Origin: Candidatus Bathyarchaeia archaeon
Lineage (GTDB): Archaea > Thermoproteota > Bathyarchaeia > Bathyarchaeales > Bathycorpusculaceae
DNA: 64,000 bases
NCBI GenBank assembly: GCA_049512935.1
Contig: JBEKWR010000004.1
Coordinates: forward strand, 32,001-96,000
Reading direction: 5' to 3'
The notes beneath the pieces were generated by a model, which saw only the letters and a list, made by a program, of their open reading frames with translations, searched no databases and was not told where the DNA came from. The translations under genes and the position numbers were made by a program. Numbering within the stretch: position 1 is the first letter of the stretch; each line of letters begins with the position of its first letter. This document shows positions 47,400 through 56,542 of the stretch, one piece after another.

Positions 47400-48164
47400 A
47401 TGAAAACTCTTGTAACAATAGGACGCGGCGGAACAGGAAAATCCAGTTTCACAGCCCTAATGACCAAATCCCTTATTGAATCAGGACAAGCACCCCTGTT
47501 GCTGGTTGACGCTGACCCAGACCAGAACCTAGCGGAAATGCTTGGAATCGACCTCAAAGAGGCGGGAAAATCAACCATCGCCGAGTTGCTCGTCAGCACG
47601 TTCATTGAGCAGGGAGGCACCACAGTTGGCGTTCCCCCAACCGAACGCATCGAAAGTCGCATCTGGGAAAACGGCCTCTACGAAAGCAAAAACTTCGATT
47701 TTCTCGCGGTAGGCACAAAATGGGTTGAGGGTTGCTACTGCATGCCGAACTCCGCGTTGAAAGGTGCCTTGGAATCGTTAACTAAGAATTACAAGTATAT
47801 TCTGGTTGATTCTCCAGCTGGACTTGAAAACCTGAACAGGCGGATTACCTCAAACGTTGACGATATATTTGACATCTTAGACCACTCTAAGAAATCCCAA
47901 GACCACGTAAAAAGAGCCTTCAAAATAGCAAAAGAAGTTGACATGAAGTTTGACAATTTCTACTTGATCGGCGGCTACCGTTTTCCAGCGGAGTTGGGGA
48001 AGCAGGCTGAGGCTGACTTGGGATTCAAGTACTTAGGGAAAATCGCAGAAGACGAAACATTGGACGAGTATGTGCTTAACGGGAAATCGCTGCTTGACCT
48101 GCCAAATAACAATGAAGCCTACCTTTCAGTGAAGGCTATCATGAAGACGCTTGGCTACTTGTAG
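47400..48164 (+). CDS. cooC: CooC/AcsF-like nickel-insertion ATPase, second copy
   Basis: GRGGTGKS, DADPDQNL, EGCYC, AGLENLNRR. Confidence 0.85.
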   Translation: MKTLVTIGRGGTGKSSFTALMTKSLIESGQAPLLLVDADPDQNLAEMLGIDLKEAGKSTIAELLVSTFIEQGGTTVGVPPTERIESRIWENGLYESKNFDFLAVGTKWVEGCYCMPNSALKGALESLTKNYKYILVDSPAGLENLNRRITSNVDDIFDILDHSKKSQDHVKRAFKIAKEVDMKFDNFYLIGGYRFPAELGKQAEADLGFKYLGKIAEDETLDEYVLNGKSLLDLPNNNEAYLSVKAIMKTLGYL

Positions 48165-48257
48165 CCAGCGGTTTACATTCTAAACTCGTTTCTTTACACA
48201 ATTTTTCGGAACCTTTGCTTTTCTGCATTTGGAACGTGACTTTTGCCTAGAAATCTG

Positions 48258-48271
48258 GAAAGGTTTAAAAA
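48258..48271 (+). promoter_or_regulatory. BRE/TATA-like promoter of the cdh operon
   Basis: gaaaggtttaaaaa about 50 nt upstream of the TTG start. Confidence 0.5.
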
Positions 48272-48317
48272 CAAAGTATGTCAGTCTTTAGTTAAACCTT
48301 TACAGAGGTTCCATAAT

Positions 48318-50669
48318 TTGACAACTAAAAACGTTAACGTAAAAATAGACGAAATGAAGACCAACGTTGGTCTAATTAAAAACCTCGAAGTCTCCATCGG
48401 CAAAGTTGTCAACGACAACTACACTGAAGAGCCAATGGGACCGACCCCTATGCCATCTATAACTGCCCTTCGGGATTGGGACATGAAGCTTCTCAACAAA
48501 TACAAACCCTTCTACATGCCCGACTGTGATCTTTGTTGTCTCTGCACTTTTGGAAAATGCGACTTGACCGCTGGAAAACGCGGCGCATGCGGCTTAGACA
48601 TAGCCTCCCAATCATCCCGTATTGTGATGATCGCCTGTGCCATTGGAGCGGCATGCCACACAGCCCACTCACGACATCTTGTTCACCACTTAATTGAGAA
48701 ATACGGTCGCCGGTACCCGTTGGACGTAGGCGGCTTAAACGTAAAAGTTGAAGCGCCCGTCACACGCCTCGTTACAGGCATAAAGCCTCAAACGCTCGGC
48801 GACCTTGACGATGTTTTAACCTATACCGAAGAGCAAATCACTCAAATCCTTGCCGTAGCGCATACAGGTCAAGAAAGCAACAACTTAGATTTTGAATCCA
48901 AAGCCATGCATGTTGGCATGGTTGACCACGTAGGCATGGAAGTCGGCGACATCGCGCAAATTTCAGTTCTCGGGTATCCGAAAGCTGATCCTGAAGCTCC
49001 ACTCGTAAAGCTGGGCATCGGAAGTGTCGACCGAACCAAACCAGTCATTATGTGCATTGGCCACAACGTTGTGCCCTCAGTAGGAATAATCGACTACGCA
49101 AAAGACACCAAAGTCGACGATCAAATCGAAGTTGTCGGCTTATGCTGCACTGCCCACGACATGACAAGATACTATAACCGCGCCAGAATCGTCGGGCCAA
49201 TCAGCTGGGAGCTAAGATTCATCCGTGCAGGATTAGCGGACGTAGTGGTGCTTGACGAGCAATGTATTCGAACAGACATCTATGACGAAGCAACAAAAGT
49301 AAACGCGCCAGTCATCGCTGCTTCAGAAAAGAACTGTGTGGGATTCAAGAACCGCACAAACGACCCAGCAGACGAAATCGTCGCTGACCTCGTAAGCGGT
49401 AAAGTCAAAGGAGTCCTGATTCTTGACCCAGAAAAAGTCGGCGAAGTAGCAGTCCGCGTCGCACAGAAAGTAGCTCCAACACGCAAGAGAAAGAGCGTTC
49501 TTCCATCAATCGAAGAAATCCAACAAATCGCAAAAACCTGCACCCAATGCAAGAGTTGCCAACGCAACTGCCCACAAGACTACGCAATTCCAGCAGCCAT
49601 GAAGGCAGCAGCAAAAGGCGACCTAAGCCTTCTGGAAGACCTATACGAACAATGTATCGGCTGCGGAAGATGTGAAGAAGCTTGCCCGCAGAAAATCATG
49701 ATACACAGCCTCATCGTCAAAGCAGGCGAAAAAGCAATGTACGCAGAAAACAACCTGTGCCGCGTAGGCAGAGGTGCAGTCTCAGACGTCGAAATCCGCA
49801 ACGTGGGCAGCCCAATCGTCCTCGGAGAAATCCCCGGCATCGTTGCAGTTGTAGGCTGCAGTAACTATCCTAAAGGCGGAAAAGACGTATACGACATATG
49901 CAGAGAATTCGCGCTTAGACGCTACATCGTTGTCCTGTCAGGATGCTCAGCCATGTCCGCAGGCAGTTACCGCAACAGCGACGGACAAACACTCTACGAA
50001 GAATTCCCAGGCGGATTCGAAGCAGGAGGCGTCATGAACGTCGGCTCATGCGTTGCAAACAGCCACATCGCAGGCGCAGCAATCAAAGTAGCAAACATCT
50101 TCGCAAAACGCCCACTAAAAGGAAACTACGAAGAAATCGCAGATTACATCCACAACCGCCTCGGCGCAGTCGGCTTAGCTTGGGGTGCATACTCACAGAA
50201 AGCAGCAGCCATCGGCGCAGGATTCTGGCGCCTCGGAATACCAGTCCTCGTCGGTCCACACGGTGTAAAATACCGACGTATGCTCCTTGGCAGAAAAGAC
50301 CATCCAGAAGACTTTGAAGTCTACGATGCACGTACAGGCGACAAAGTTAGAGTCGGACCCGCACCAGAACACCTCTTCAACTCGGTAGAAACCAAAGAGG
50401 AATGTATGGTTGCAATCGCCAAACTCTGCATAAGACCAAACGACACCTGGAAAGGACGAAGCATAAAACTAAGTCACTATGTGGACTTAAGCAAACGCTA
50501 CATGGGAGTTATGCCCACAGACTTGCACTTGTTCGTTAGAACAATGGCTGATGTCCCAATGACGATGAAAGACGAATTCACCAAGATACTGGAAGCGCAC
50601 GACTGGAAAGAAACAGTAATTCCAGACCCAACATTGCTTCCAAGAATGATCAGAAAAATGAAGGAGTGA
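48318..50669 (+). CDS. cdhA: CODH/ACS alpha subunit (CO dehydrogenase)
   Basis: EPMGPTP, CDLCCLCTFGKCDL, GLCCTAHD, two ferredoxin motifs, GSCVANSH, PDPT. Confidence 0.96.
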   Translation: MTTKNVNVKIDEMKTNVGLIKNLEVSIGKVVNDNYTEEPMGPTPMPSITALRDWDMKLLNKYKPFYMPDCDLCCLCTFGKCDLTAGKRGACGLDIASQSSRIVMIACAIGAACHTAHSRHLVHHLIEKYGRRYPLDVGGLNVKVEAPVTRLVTGIKPQTLGDLDDVLTYTEEQITQILAVAHTGQESNNLDFESKAMHVGMVDHVGMEVGDIAQISVLGYPKADPEAPLVKLGIGSVDRTKPVIMCIGHNVVPSVGIIDYAKDTKVDDQIEVVGLCCTAHDMTRYYNRARIVGPISWELRFIRAGLADVVVLDEQCIRTDIYDEATKVNAPVIAASEKNCVGFKNRTNDPADEIVADLVSGKVKGVLILDPEKVGEVAVRVAQKVAPTRKRKSVLPSIEEIQQIAKTCTQCKSCQRNCPQDYAIPAAMKAAAKGDLSLLEDLYEQCIGCGRCEEACPQKIMIHSLIVKAGEKAMYAENNLCRVGRGAVSDVEIRNVGSPIVLGEIPGIVAVVGCSNYPKGGKDVYDICREFALRRYIVVLSGCSAMSAGSYRNSDGQTLYEEFPGGFEAGGVMNVGSCVANSHIAGAAIKVANIFAKRPLKGNYEEIADYIHNRLGAVGLAWGAYSQKAAAIGAGFWRLGIPVLVGPHGVKYRRMLLGRKDHPEDFEVYDARTGDKVRVGPAPEHLFNSVETKEECMVAIAKLCIRPNDTWKGRSIKLSHYVDLSKRYMGVMPTDLHLFVRTMADVPMTMKDEFTKILEAHDWKETVIPDPTLLPRMIRKMKE

Positions 50670-50676
50670 AAATGAA

Positions 50677-51219
50677 ATGTCATGTGAACCCTGGCAATGT
50701 GCAGAAATAGCCTCAACTAAAAAAGCAAACCCAATAACTAAACCCGAGATAGCAGTAGCGATGATCAAAAAAGCCCAACGCCCCATACTTATTGTGGGCA
50801 GCAACGCCACTGAAAGATACATGGAAGGCAAACAACTAATCGAATATGTAATCGACCTCGCAAAAGCATCAAAAGTACCAGTCGTAGCCACAGCCCACAT
50901 GGTTGGCGAATTCATAAAACGCGGATATCAACCAGCGGCATTTATGAATGCGATGGAGATTGGCAACCTGGTGGTTGATCCAACCTGGCAGGGCTTAGAC
51001 GGCAAAGGACACCCAGACCTGGTTCTAGTGATCGGGCTGCCTTACTATGTTGAATCATTATTGCTCTGCGGACTCAAACACTTTGCACCTGACCTAAAAA
51101 CCATGACACTGGACAACTTGTTCCATGTGCATGCAAGCTGGTCTTTCCCAAACGCAACCCCAGAAGAGTGGGCTGCAAACCTCAAAGTCATAACTTCAAA
51201 ATTTGAAGGAGGACAATAA
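50677..51219 (+). CDS. cdhB: CODH/ACS epsilon subunit
   Basis: AMIKKAQRPILIVG, WQGLDGKGHPDL, SWSFPN. Confidence 0.93.
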   Translation: MSCEPWQCAEIASTKKANPITKPEIAVAMIKKAQRPILIVGSNATERYMEGKQLIEYVIDLAKASKVPVVATAHMVGEFIKRGYQPAAFMNAMEIGNLVVDPTWQGLDGKGHPDLVLVIGLPYYVESLLLCGLKHFAPDLKTMTLDNLFHVHASWSFPNATPEEWAANLKVITSKFEGGQ

Positions 51220-51223
51220 AAAA

Positions 51224-52639
51224 ATGTCAATGTTTAAAGATATACCCGTTGATGTAGGCGTAATCTACGAAGGAGAACGCATCAGAAGAAACGACATGCA
51301 AATAGAACTCGGTGGACCAACAGTCAAACAGAAATTTGAACTCGCAAAAGTAAAACCCATGGATCAAATCGACGACGGAAAAATCACCATAATCGGCCCC
51401 GACATCAAAGACATGAAGGAAGGCGGCGCGTACCCGCTAGGCATCCTTGTTGAAGCTGCAGGCTCAAAACTCGACCAAGGCTTAGAAGGAGTCATTGAAA
51501 GACGCATCCACGGCTACCTAAACTACATTGAAGGATTCATGCACCTGAACCAGCGTTACGACATCTGGATACGCCTCGGCAAAAAATCGTTCCAGAAAGG
51601 CTTAAACAGCTTTGAACCAATCGGCAAAGTATTGTACCGCCTCTTCAAAAGTGAACTGCCAATCATCGAGAAAGTACAAATCACCTTCATAACTGACACG
51701 GCGAAACTTGACGAAATGTACCCAGAAGCAATCCAAGCTTACGAGTCTCGCGATGCCAAGGCAAGAGGTCTCAAAGACGAAGACGTCGACACATTCTACG
51801 GCTGCGCACTCTGCCAATCATTCGCGCCAAGCCACGTCTGCGTCATCACCCCGCAAAGGTACAGCAACTGCGGCGCCATCAGCTGGTTCGACGGCAAAGC
51901 CTCAGCAAGCATCGACCCCAAAGGTCCAGTCTTCGCTATACCCAGAGGACAAATGATAAACGCGGAAAAAGGCGAATTCAGCGGCGTCAACGAAGCAGCA
52001 AAGAAACGCAGCATGGGCGAAGTCCAGCAAGTCTGGCTTTACACGGCTTTTGACCACCCGCACACTTCCTGCGGATGCTTCGAGGCAGTAACCTTCTACA
52101 TCCCTGAAGTCGACGGATTAGCAGTAGTTCACAGAAGCTTCAAAGGACCAACAGTAAACGGCTTACCCTTCAGCACCATCGCGGACTCAGCGGCAGGCGG
52201 AAGACAAATCGACGGCTTCCACGGAATGTCCATAGAATACATGAGAAGCAAGAAATTCTTCGCAGCAGACGGCGGATGGAACCGAATCGTTTGGGTACCT
52301 AAAGAAGTCAAGGAACGCGTTAAAGACTTCATTCCGCCAGAACTCGTTGACAAGGTAGCAACTGAAGAAGACGCAAAAACCGTTGACGAACTCAAAGCCT
52401 TCCTAAAAGCCAAGAACCACCCAGTAGTCGCAAGATGGGCAGCCGAAGAGGCACCAGCAGCACCCGAAGCGCAAGCAGTACAAGTCACCGAAGAAGCAGC
52501 AGGCACAATGATGCCAGTTGCAACAGCAGGCACACTACCCATAATGGCAGGCGGGTTCAGAATCATCCTCAAAGACGCGAAAATCTACGCTAACAAAGTA
52601 ATAATCCAAATAGTCAAAGACGACAAAGACAAGCGGTGA
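51224..52639 (+). CDS. cdhC: Acetyl-CoA synthase beta subunit
   Basis: YEGERIR, FYGCALCQSFAP, HTSCGCFE. Confidence 0.96.
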   Translation: MSMFKDIPVDVGVIYEGERIRRNDMQIELGGPTVKQKFELAKVKPMDQIDDGKITIIGPDIKDMKEGGAYPLGILVEAAGSKLDQGLEGVIERRIHGYLNYIEGFMHLNQRYDIWIRLGKKSFQKGLNSFEPIGKVLYRLFKSELPIIEKVQITFITDTAKLDEMYPEAIQAYESRDAKARGLKDEDVDTFYGCALCQSFAPSHVCVITPQRYSNCGAISWFDGKASASIDPKGPVFAIPRGQMINAEKGEFSGVNEAAKKRSMGEVQQVWLYTAFDHPHTSCGCFEAVTFYIPEVDGLAVVHRSFKGPTVNGLPFSTIADSAAGGRQIDGFHGMSIEYMRSKKFFAADGGWNRIVWVPKEVKERVKDFIPPELVDKVATEEDAKTVDELKAFLKAKNHPVVARWAAEEAPAAPEAQAVQVTEEAAGTMMPVATAGTLPIMAGGFRIILKDAKIYANKVIIQIVKDDKDKR

Positions 52640-53889
52640 CCAAGTTGCCTCAAGACGGCGACAAGAAAAAAGACAGCGAAGAACTAATACTCAGCAAAGA
52701 GTTGCTGGACGCGCTTGCGAAGTTCAAGCAAATCGAGATTGAAGACTTCGAGATCGACGTCAAAGAGCTAGAGCTAATCTTTGAGCCTGGAATGGCTGGG
52801 CAAGTGATGCCCAAGCTAAAGCTTCCAGCCCCAGTTGCGGCAGGCGGAAAACCCACAGCCATGCTTCAGACGGCTTTCATACCGCCAATCGAAACCTACC
52901 CGAACACGATAACAGAAGTCAAACTCGGCGCAACCCGAAGCGAAGGCGGAACACGCGGAAAATCATTCACCATAGGCGGCGAAACGTCACCCCCATTCTA
53001 CAATTTTGAGCGACCCACCACTCACAAACCAGTAGTCACTTTGGACGTTTTCGACATGGAAGTGCCATTGAGCAAAGCCGTGAAGATGCACGTTAAAGAC
53101 GTCGTCGGCGACCCAGCGGCATGGGCAAAACTTGCGGTAGACCAATTCAAAGCAGACATGGTTACAATCCATTTAATCAGCATCGACCCATTGCTCAAGG
53201 ATGCAACACCGAAAGACGCGGTCAAAACGGTTGAAAAAGTTCTGCAAGCCGTGGATGTTCCCTTAGTCATCGGCGGCTGCGGGGACGCAGTAAAAGACGC
53301 TGACGTTTTCCAGGCGATCTGCGAGGCTTTCCCAGGCGAACGCTTCCTCATCAGTTCAATCACGCGGGACATGGATGTTGAACGCTGCGCAAAGTTCGTT
53401 AAGAAAAACGGGCATGCTGCGCTCTCGTTCACACCGATGGACCTGAACCTGGCAAGGGAGCTTAACAGGCGGCTCTACGATTTCCTCGGCAGAGAAGACA
53501 TTGTCATGGACTTGACCACCGCGGCGCTTGGCTACGGCTTAGACTACGCATTCACAAACATGGAACGCGCAAGACTCGGCGGATTAATGGGCGACATGGA
53601 GCTGGCTCACCCGATGTCTTCGGGAACAACAAACGCTTGGGCTGCCCGTGAAGCCTGGCTGAAAATGTCTGCTGATTGGGAACCGCGCGAACTCCGAGGT
53701 CCACTGTGGGAAGTAACAACAGCCTTAACTCTTCTGCTTGCTGGCGTCGACCTGTTCATGATGATGCATCCAGCAGCCGTCAAAACACTCAAAGACGTAA
53801 CCAACTACCTGACAAGCGGCAAAAAAGCAGACCCAGCTAAATTCGCAGATTGGGTAACCATGAAAGCTCAAGGGGTTGGAAAGCAATGA
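52636..53889 (+). CDS. cdhD: Corrinoid Fe-S protein small (delta) subunit
   Basis: LGATRSEGGTR, TAALGYGLDY, NAWAAREAW, MMMHP. Confidence 0.95.
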   Translation: MTKLPQDGDKKKDSEELILSKELLDALAKFKQIEIEDFEIDVKELELIFEPGMAGQVMPKLKLPAPVAAGGKPTAMLQTAFIPPIETYPNTITEVKLGATRSEGGTRGKSFTIGGETSPPFYNFERPTTHKPVVTLDVFDMEVPLSKAVKMHVKDVVGDPAAWAKLAVDQFKADMVTIHLISIDPLLKDATPKDAVKTVEKVLQAVDVPLVIGGCGDAVKDADVFQAICEAFPGERFLISSITRDMDVERCAKFVKKNGHAALSFTPMDLNLARELNRRLYDFLGREDIVMDLTTAALGYGLDYAFTNMERARLGGLMGDMELAHPMSSGTTNAWAAREAWLKMSADWEPRELRGPLWEVTTALTLLLAGVDLFMMMHPAAVKTLKDVTNYLTSGKKADPAKFADWVTMKAQGVGKQ

Positions 53890-55307
53890 GCGAGAAAAAA
53901 AGAGCCAGCTTAAAAGAATTAAGCCCCATTGACATTTACAAGCTTCTTCCGAAAACTAACTGCAAGGAATGCGGTCAAGACAACTGCATGGCGTTCGCGA
54001 CAAAAATCGTTAACCGCGAAGTAGAAATCGACAGCTGCAAACCACTGTTCAAGCCCGAAAACGCGAAAGCCTACGCCAAACTCAAAGACCTGCTTAAGCC
54101 CGCCGTTAAGGAAGTCATCGTCGGCGTCGGCGACAAATCAAAGAAGCTCGGCGGCAAACTTGTCATGTACCGCCACGAGTTCACTTACAAGAACCCGACA
54201 GCTATCGCGATTGACGTGACCGACGAAATGCCAATGCAGGAAGTCGTCTCGCGTGTACAGTACACGGAGAACTTTAGCTTCGAATACATTGGTAACACGC
54301 TTAGGCTGGACATGATCGCGGTCAGATGCACTTCAGGAGACGCAGACAAATTCAAGGCAGTAGTCCAGAAAGTCGCGGAAACAACCAAACTTCCAATGAT
54401 ACTTTGCACCCTGAACCCCGTGATCGCTGAAGCAGGCTTAATGGCGGCGCCAAAGGCGAAACCGCTACTGTACGCGGCAACTCAAACCAACTGGAAAGAC
54501 ATGGCTGAACTTGCCCTAATGTACGAGTGCCCGCTAGTTGCTTCTGCACCAAACGACTTGAACACGCTGGTTTCCCTTGCAAAGACACTTATGGCTTACG
54601 GAGTAACCGACTTGGTTTTGGACCCAGGCACCTTCCCAAACGAAGGGTTACCTGACACAATCAACAACTTCACGATGCTGCGAAGGGCAGCATGCAAAGG
54701 CGGCGAAGAACTAGCAGGTTTCCCACTTATGGGCGTCCCGATGGTCGCTTGGAACGATAGCGCCTCGGCTGAAGACCTGCTGAAATGGCGTGAAGCATAC
54801 TTAGCAGCAATGCTCATAGTTCGATACTCAGATGTGCTCGTGATGCACAGCGTAAGCGGCTGGTCACTTTTGCCAGATACAGTGCTGCGCCAGAACATCT
54901 ACACTGACCCACGCAAACCCGTCGCGGTCGCCCCAGGACTCAAAGTGTTCGGGACACCAGACGAGAACTCGCCAGTAATGTTCACCACAAACTTTGCCCT
55001 AACCTACTACACCGTCGCCTCAGACCTCGAAAGCAGCAAAATCAACGCCTACCTAATCGTCGTTGAAACAGAGGGCTCAGCCATCGACAGCGGAGTCGCA
55101 GGACGAAAACTAACCGCGGAACGAGTAGCCGACGCAATCAAAGCCTCAGGCATCGAAAGCAAAGTCAAACACCGAAAACTCATAATCCCAGGCAAAGCAT
55201 CACGAATCAGCGGCGAAATCGAAGAACTCAGCGGCTGGAAAGTACTGGTCGGACCAAGAGACAGCAGCGAAATACCCAAATATCTCATAGAGAAATGGCA
55301 ACCATAA
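53886..55307 (+). CDS. cdhE: Corrinoid Fe-S protein large (gamma) subunit
   Basis: LPKTNCKECG..NCMAFA, IYTDPRKP, TTNFALTYY, VGPRDSS. Confidence 0.95.
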   Translation: MSEKKRASLKELSPIDIYKLLPKTNCKECGQDNCMAFATKIVNREVEIDSCKPLFKPENAKAYAKLKDLLKPAVKEVIVGVGDKSKKLGGKLVMYRHEFTYKNPTAIAIDVTDEMPMQEVVSRVQYTENFSFEYIGNTLRLDMIAVRCTSGDADKFKAVVQKVAETTKLPMILCTLNPVIAEAGLMAAPKAKPLLYAATQTNWKDMAELALMYECPLVASAPNDLNTLVSLAKTLMAYGVTDLVLDPGTFPNEGLPDTINNFTMLRRAACKGGEELAGFPLMGVPMVAWNDSASAEDLLKWREAYLAAMLIVRYSDVLVMHSVSGWSLLPDTVLRQNIYTDPRKPVAVAPGLKVFGTPDENSPVMFTTNFALTYYTVASDLESSKINAYLIVVETEGSAIDSGVAGRKLTAERVADAIKASGIESKVKHRKLIIPGKASRISGEIEELSGWKVLVGPRDSSEIPKYLIEKWQP

Positions 55308-55446
55308 GCCATCCACTCTTCTCACTTTATTTGTTACAACTTTATTTTGCGGACTCTTTCTTAATCAAGATATCAAAATGCTTTTCATAAGAGATTTAAG
55401 TGCATGTTGAGTGTAACTCCAATAGCACAGGTATCTGGTGGTTTGA

Positions 55447-55674
55447 ATGGAAGAGTTGCTTGATAGGATAACTGTCGATCCTGATGTTCTCGTTGGAAAG
55501 CCCGTTATTAGAGGAACCCGCATTCCTGTTTACCTCATCGTAGAGTTTGTAGCTAACGGGATGACAAATAAAGAAATACTAAAAGAATACCCGCGGCTAA
55601 GAGAAGAGGACATCAAGGCAGCGCTAATTTATGCTTCTAAACTTGTAGAAAGCGAAGTCACTGTCACTATCTAA
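55447..55674 (+). CDS. DUF433 family putative antitoxin
   Basis: ITVDPDVLVGKPVIRGTRIPV, YPRLREEDIKAAL. Confidence 0.9.
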   Translation: MEELLDRITVDPDVLVGKPVIRGTRIPVYLIVEFVANGMTNKEILKEYPRLREEDIKAALIYASKLVESEVTVTI

Positions 55675-55691
55675 AAAGAAGAACTGAGTAA

Positions 55692-56051
55692 TTGACGCAA
55701 ACAATTATAGTTGACGAAAATATCCCCCAAAGCGTCGCTAAATATCTTAACACGAAGGGCATAAAGACTTTTAGCATTTCCGACGATTTCCTGAAAAGCG
55801 CAAAAGACTCAGTCATAGCTTCGTACGCATCAGAAAAAGGAATGCAGATATTGACGCTAGATTCTGACTTTGCTCAGTTGTATCACAACGTCTTCAGGGG
55901 CAGGATTACCGTTTTACTTGTGAAAGCAAATCCAACAACCGCCGAAAACATAATCGATATTCTTGATGCAGCGCTAAATAAAATAAGAAAAACTGAAACC
56001 CCAAACAAGCTTGTCATAATCACAAAAAAGAGAATTAGAATAGTTTCTTAA
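55692..56051 (+). CDS. DUF5615 PIN-like putative toxin
   Basis: IIVDENIP, AKDSVI, ILTLDSDF. Confidence 0.85.
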   Translation: MTQTIIVDENIPQSVAKYLNTKGIKTFSISDDFLKSAKDSVIASYASEKGMQILTLDSDFAQLYHNVFRGRITVLLVKANPTTAENIIDILDAALNKIRKTETPNKLVIITKKRIRIVS

Positions 56052-56063
56052 CATCTGTCTCTC

Positions 56064-56096
56064 AGAGAATGGCAGCCATAAGCAATCCGCTCTCTT
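56064..56096 (+). repeat. Degenerate duplicate of the cdhE 3' end (55289-55320)
   Basis: agagaatggcagccataagcaatccgctctctt vs agagaaatggcaaccataagccatccactctt. Confidence 0.8.
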
Positions 56097-56542
56097 ATTT
56101 TTGGTTTTTCACTTAATGTTTTTAGAGAAAAAATCTGTTGCTTACAGGGTGTAAGTACATGCGGGACGTAAGTTCTCAAGATAAAGCCTCAGGCATGAAC
56201 AGTAAAATTCGCATTTCAAGCATGGTAGACCACGGGGTAGATGTTGCGTACGTCTGGGATTCTTCAGGGGTGCTGTTTGTCTGTCTATTTGGCTCTTCTA
56301 GATGCTTCTATTTGGATCATCTAGAAAACCGTAGGGGTAGCTGGGACAAGAAAAGAAAAATGACCCTATAGGGGTCCCTACTATTTGTGGCATAATTCAA
56401 CCACAAAAAGCGCTTCTCAAATTCATCTTTGCTTTAAACCTTAAAGTGTTAAAAAAGCCATTGTTTTGACTTAAATATGTACTAAAAGCTGATAAACCCC
56501 TTCATGCACTACTCCCCCATTCAAGGGTAGAAGGGACGAAAG

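Noticed and set aside
56362-56378. Palindrome ccctataggg upstream of purF
   Set aside because: Single 10-bp palindrome with no second copy; insufficient for an operator call
56504-56530. Pyrrolysine readthrough giving PurF a propeptide
   Set aside because: TAG ends several core genes here (rpoL, pcn, rps27e), no pyl genes are in the window, and the ATG sits too close to the likely TATA box
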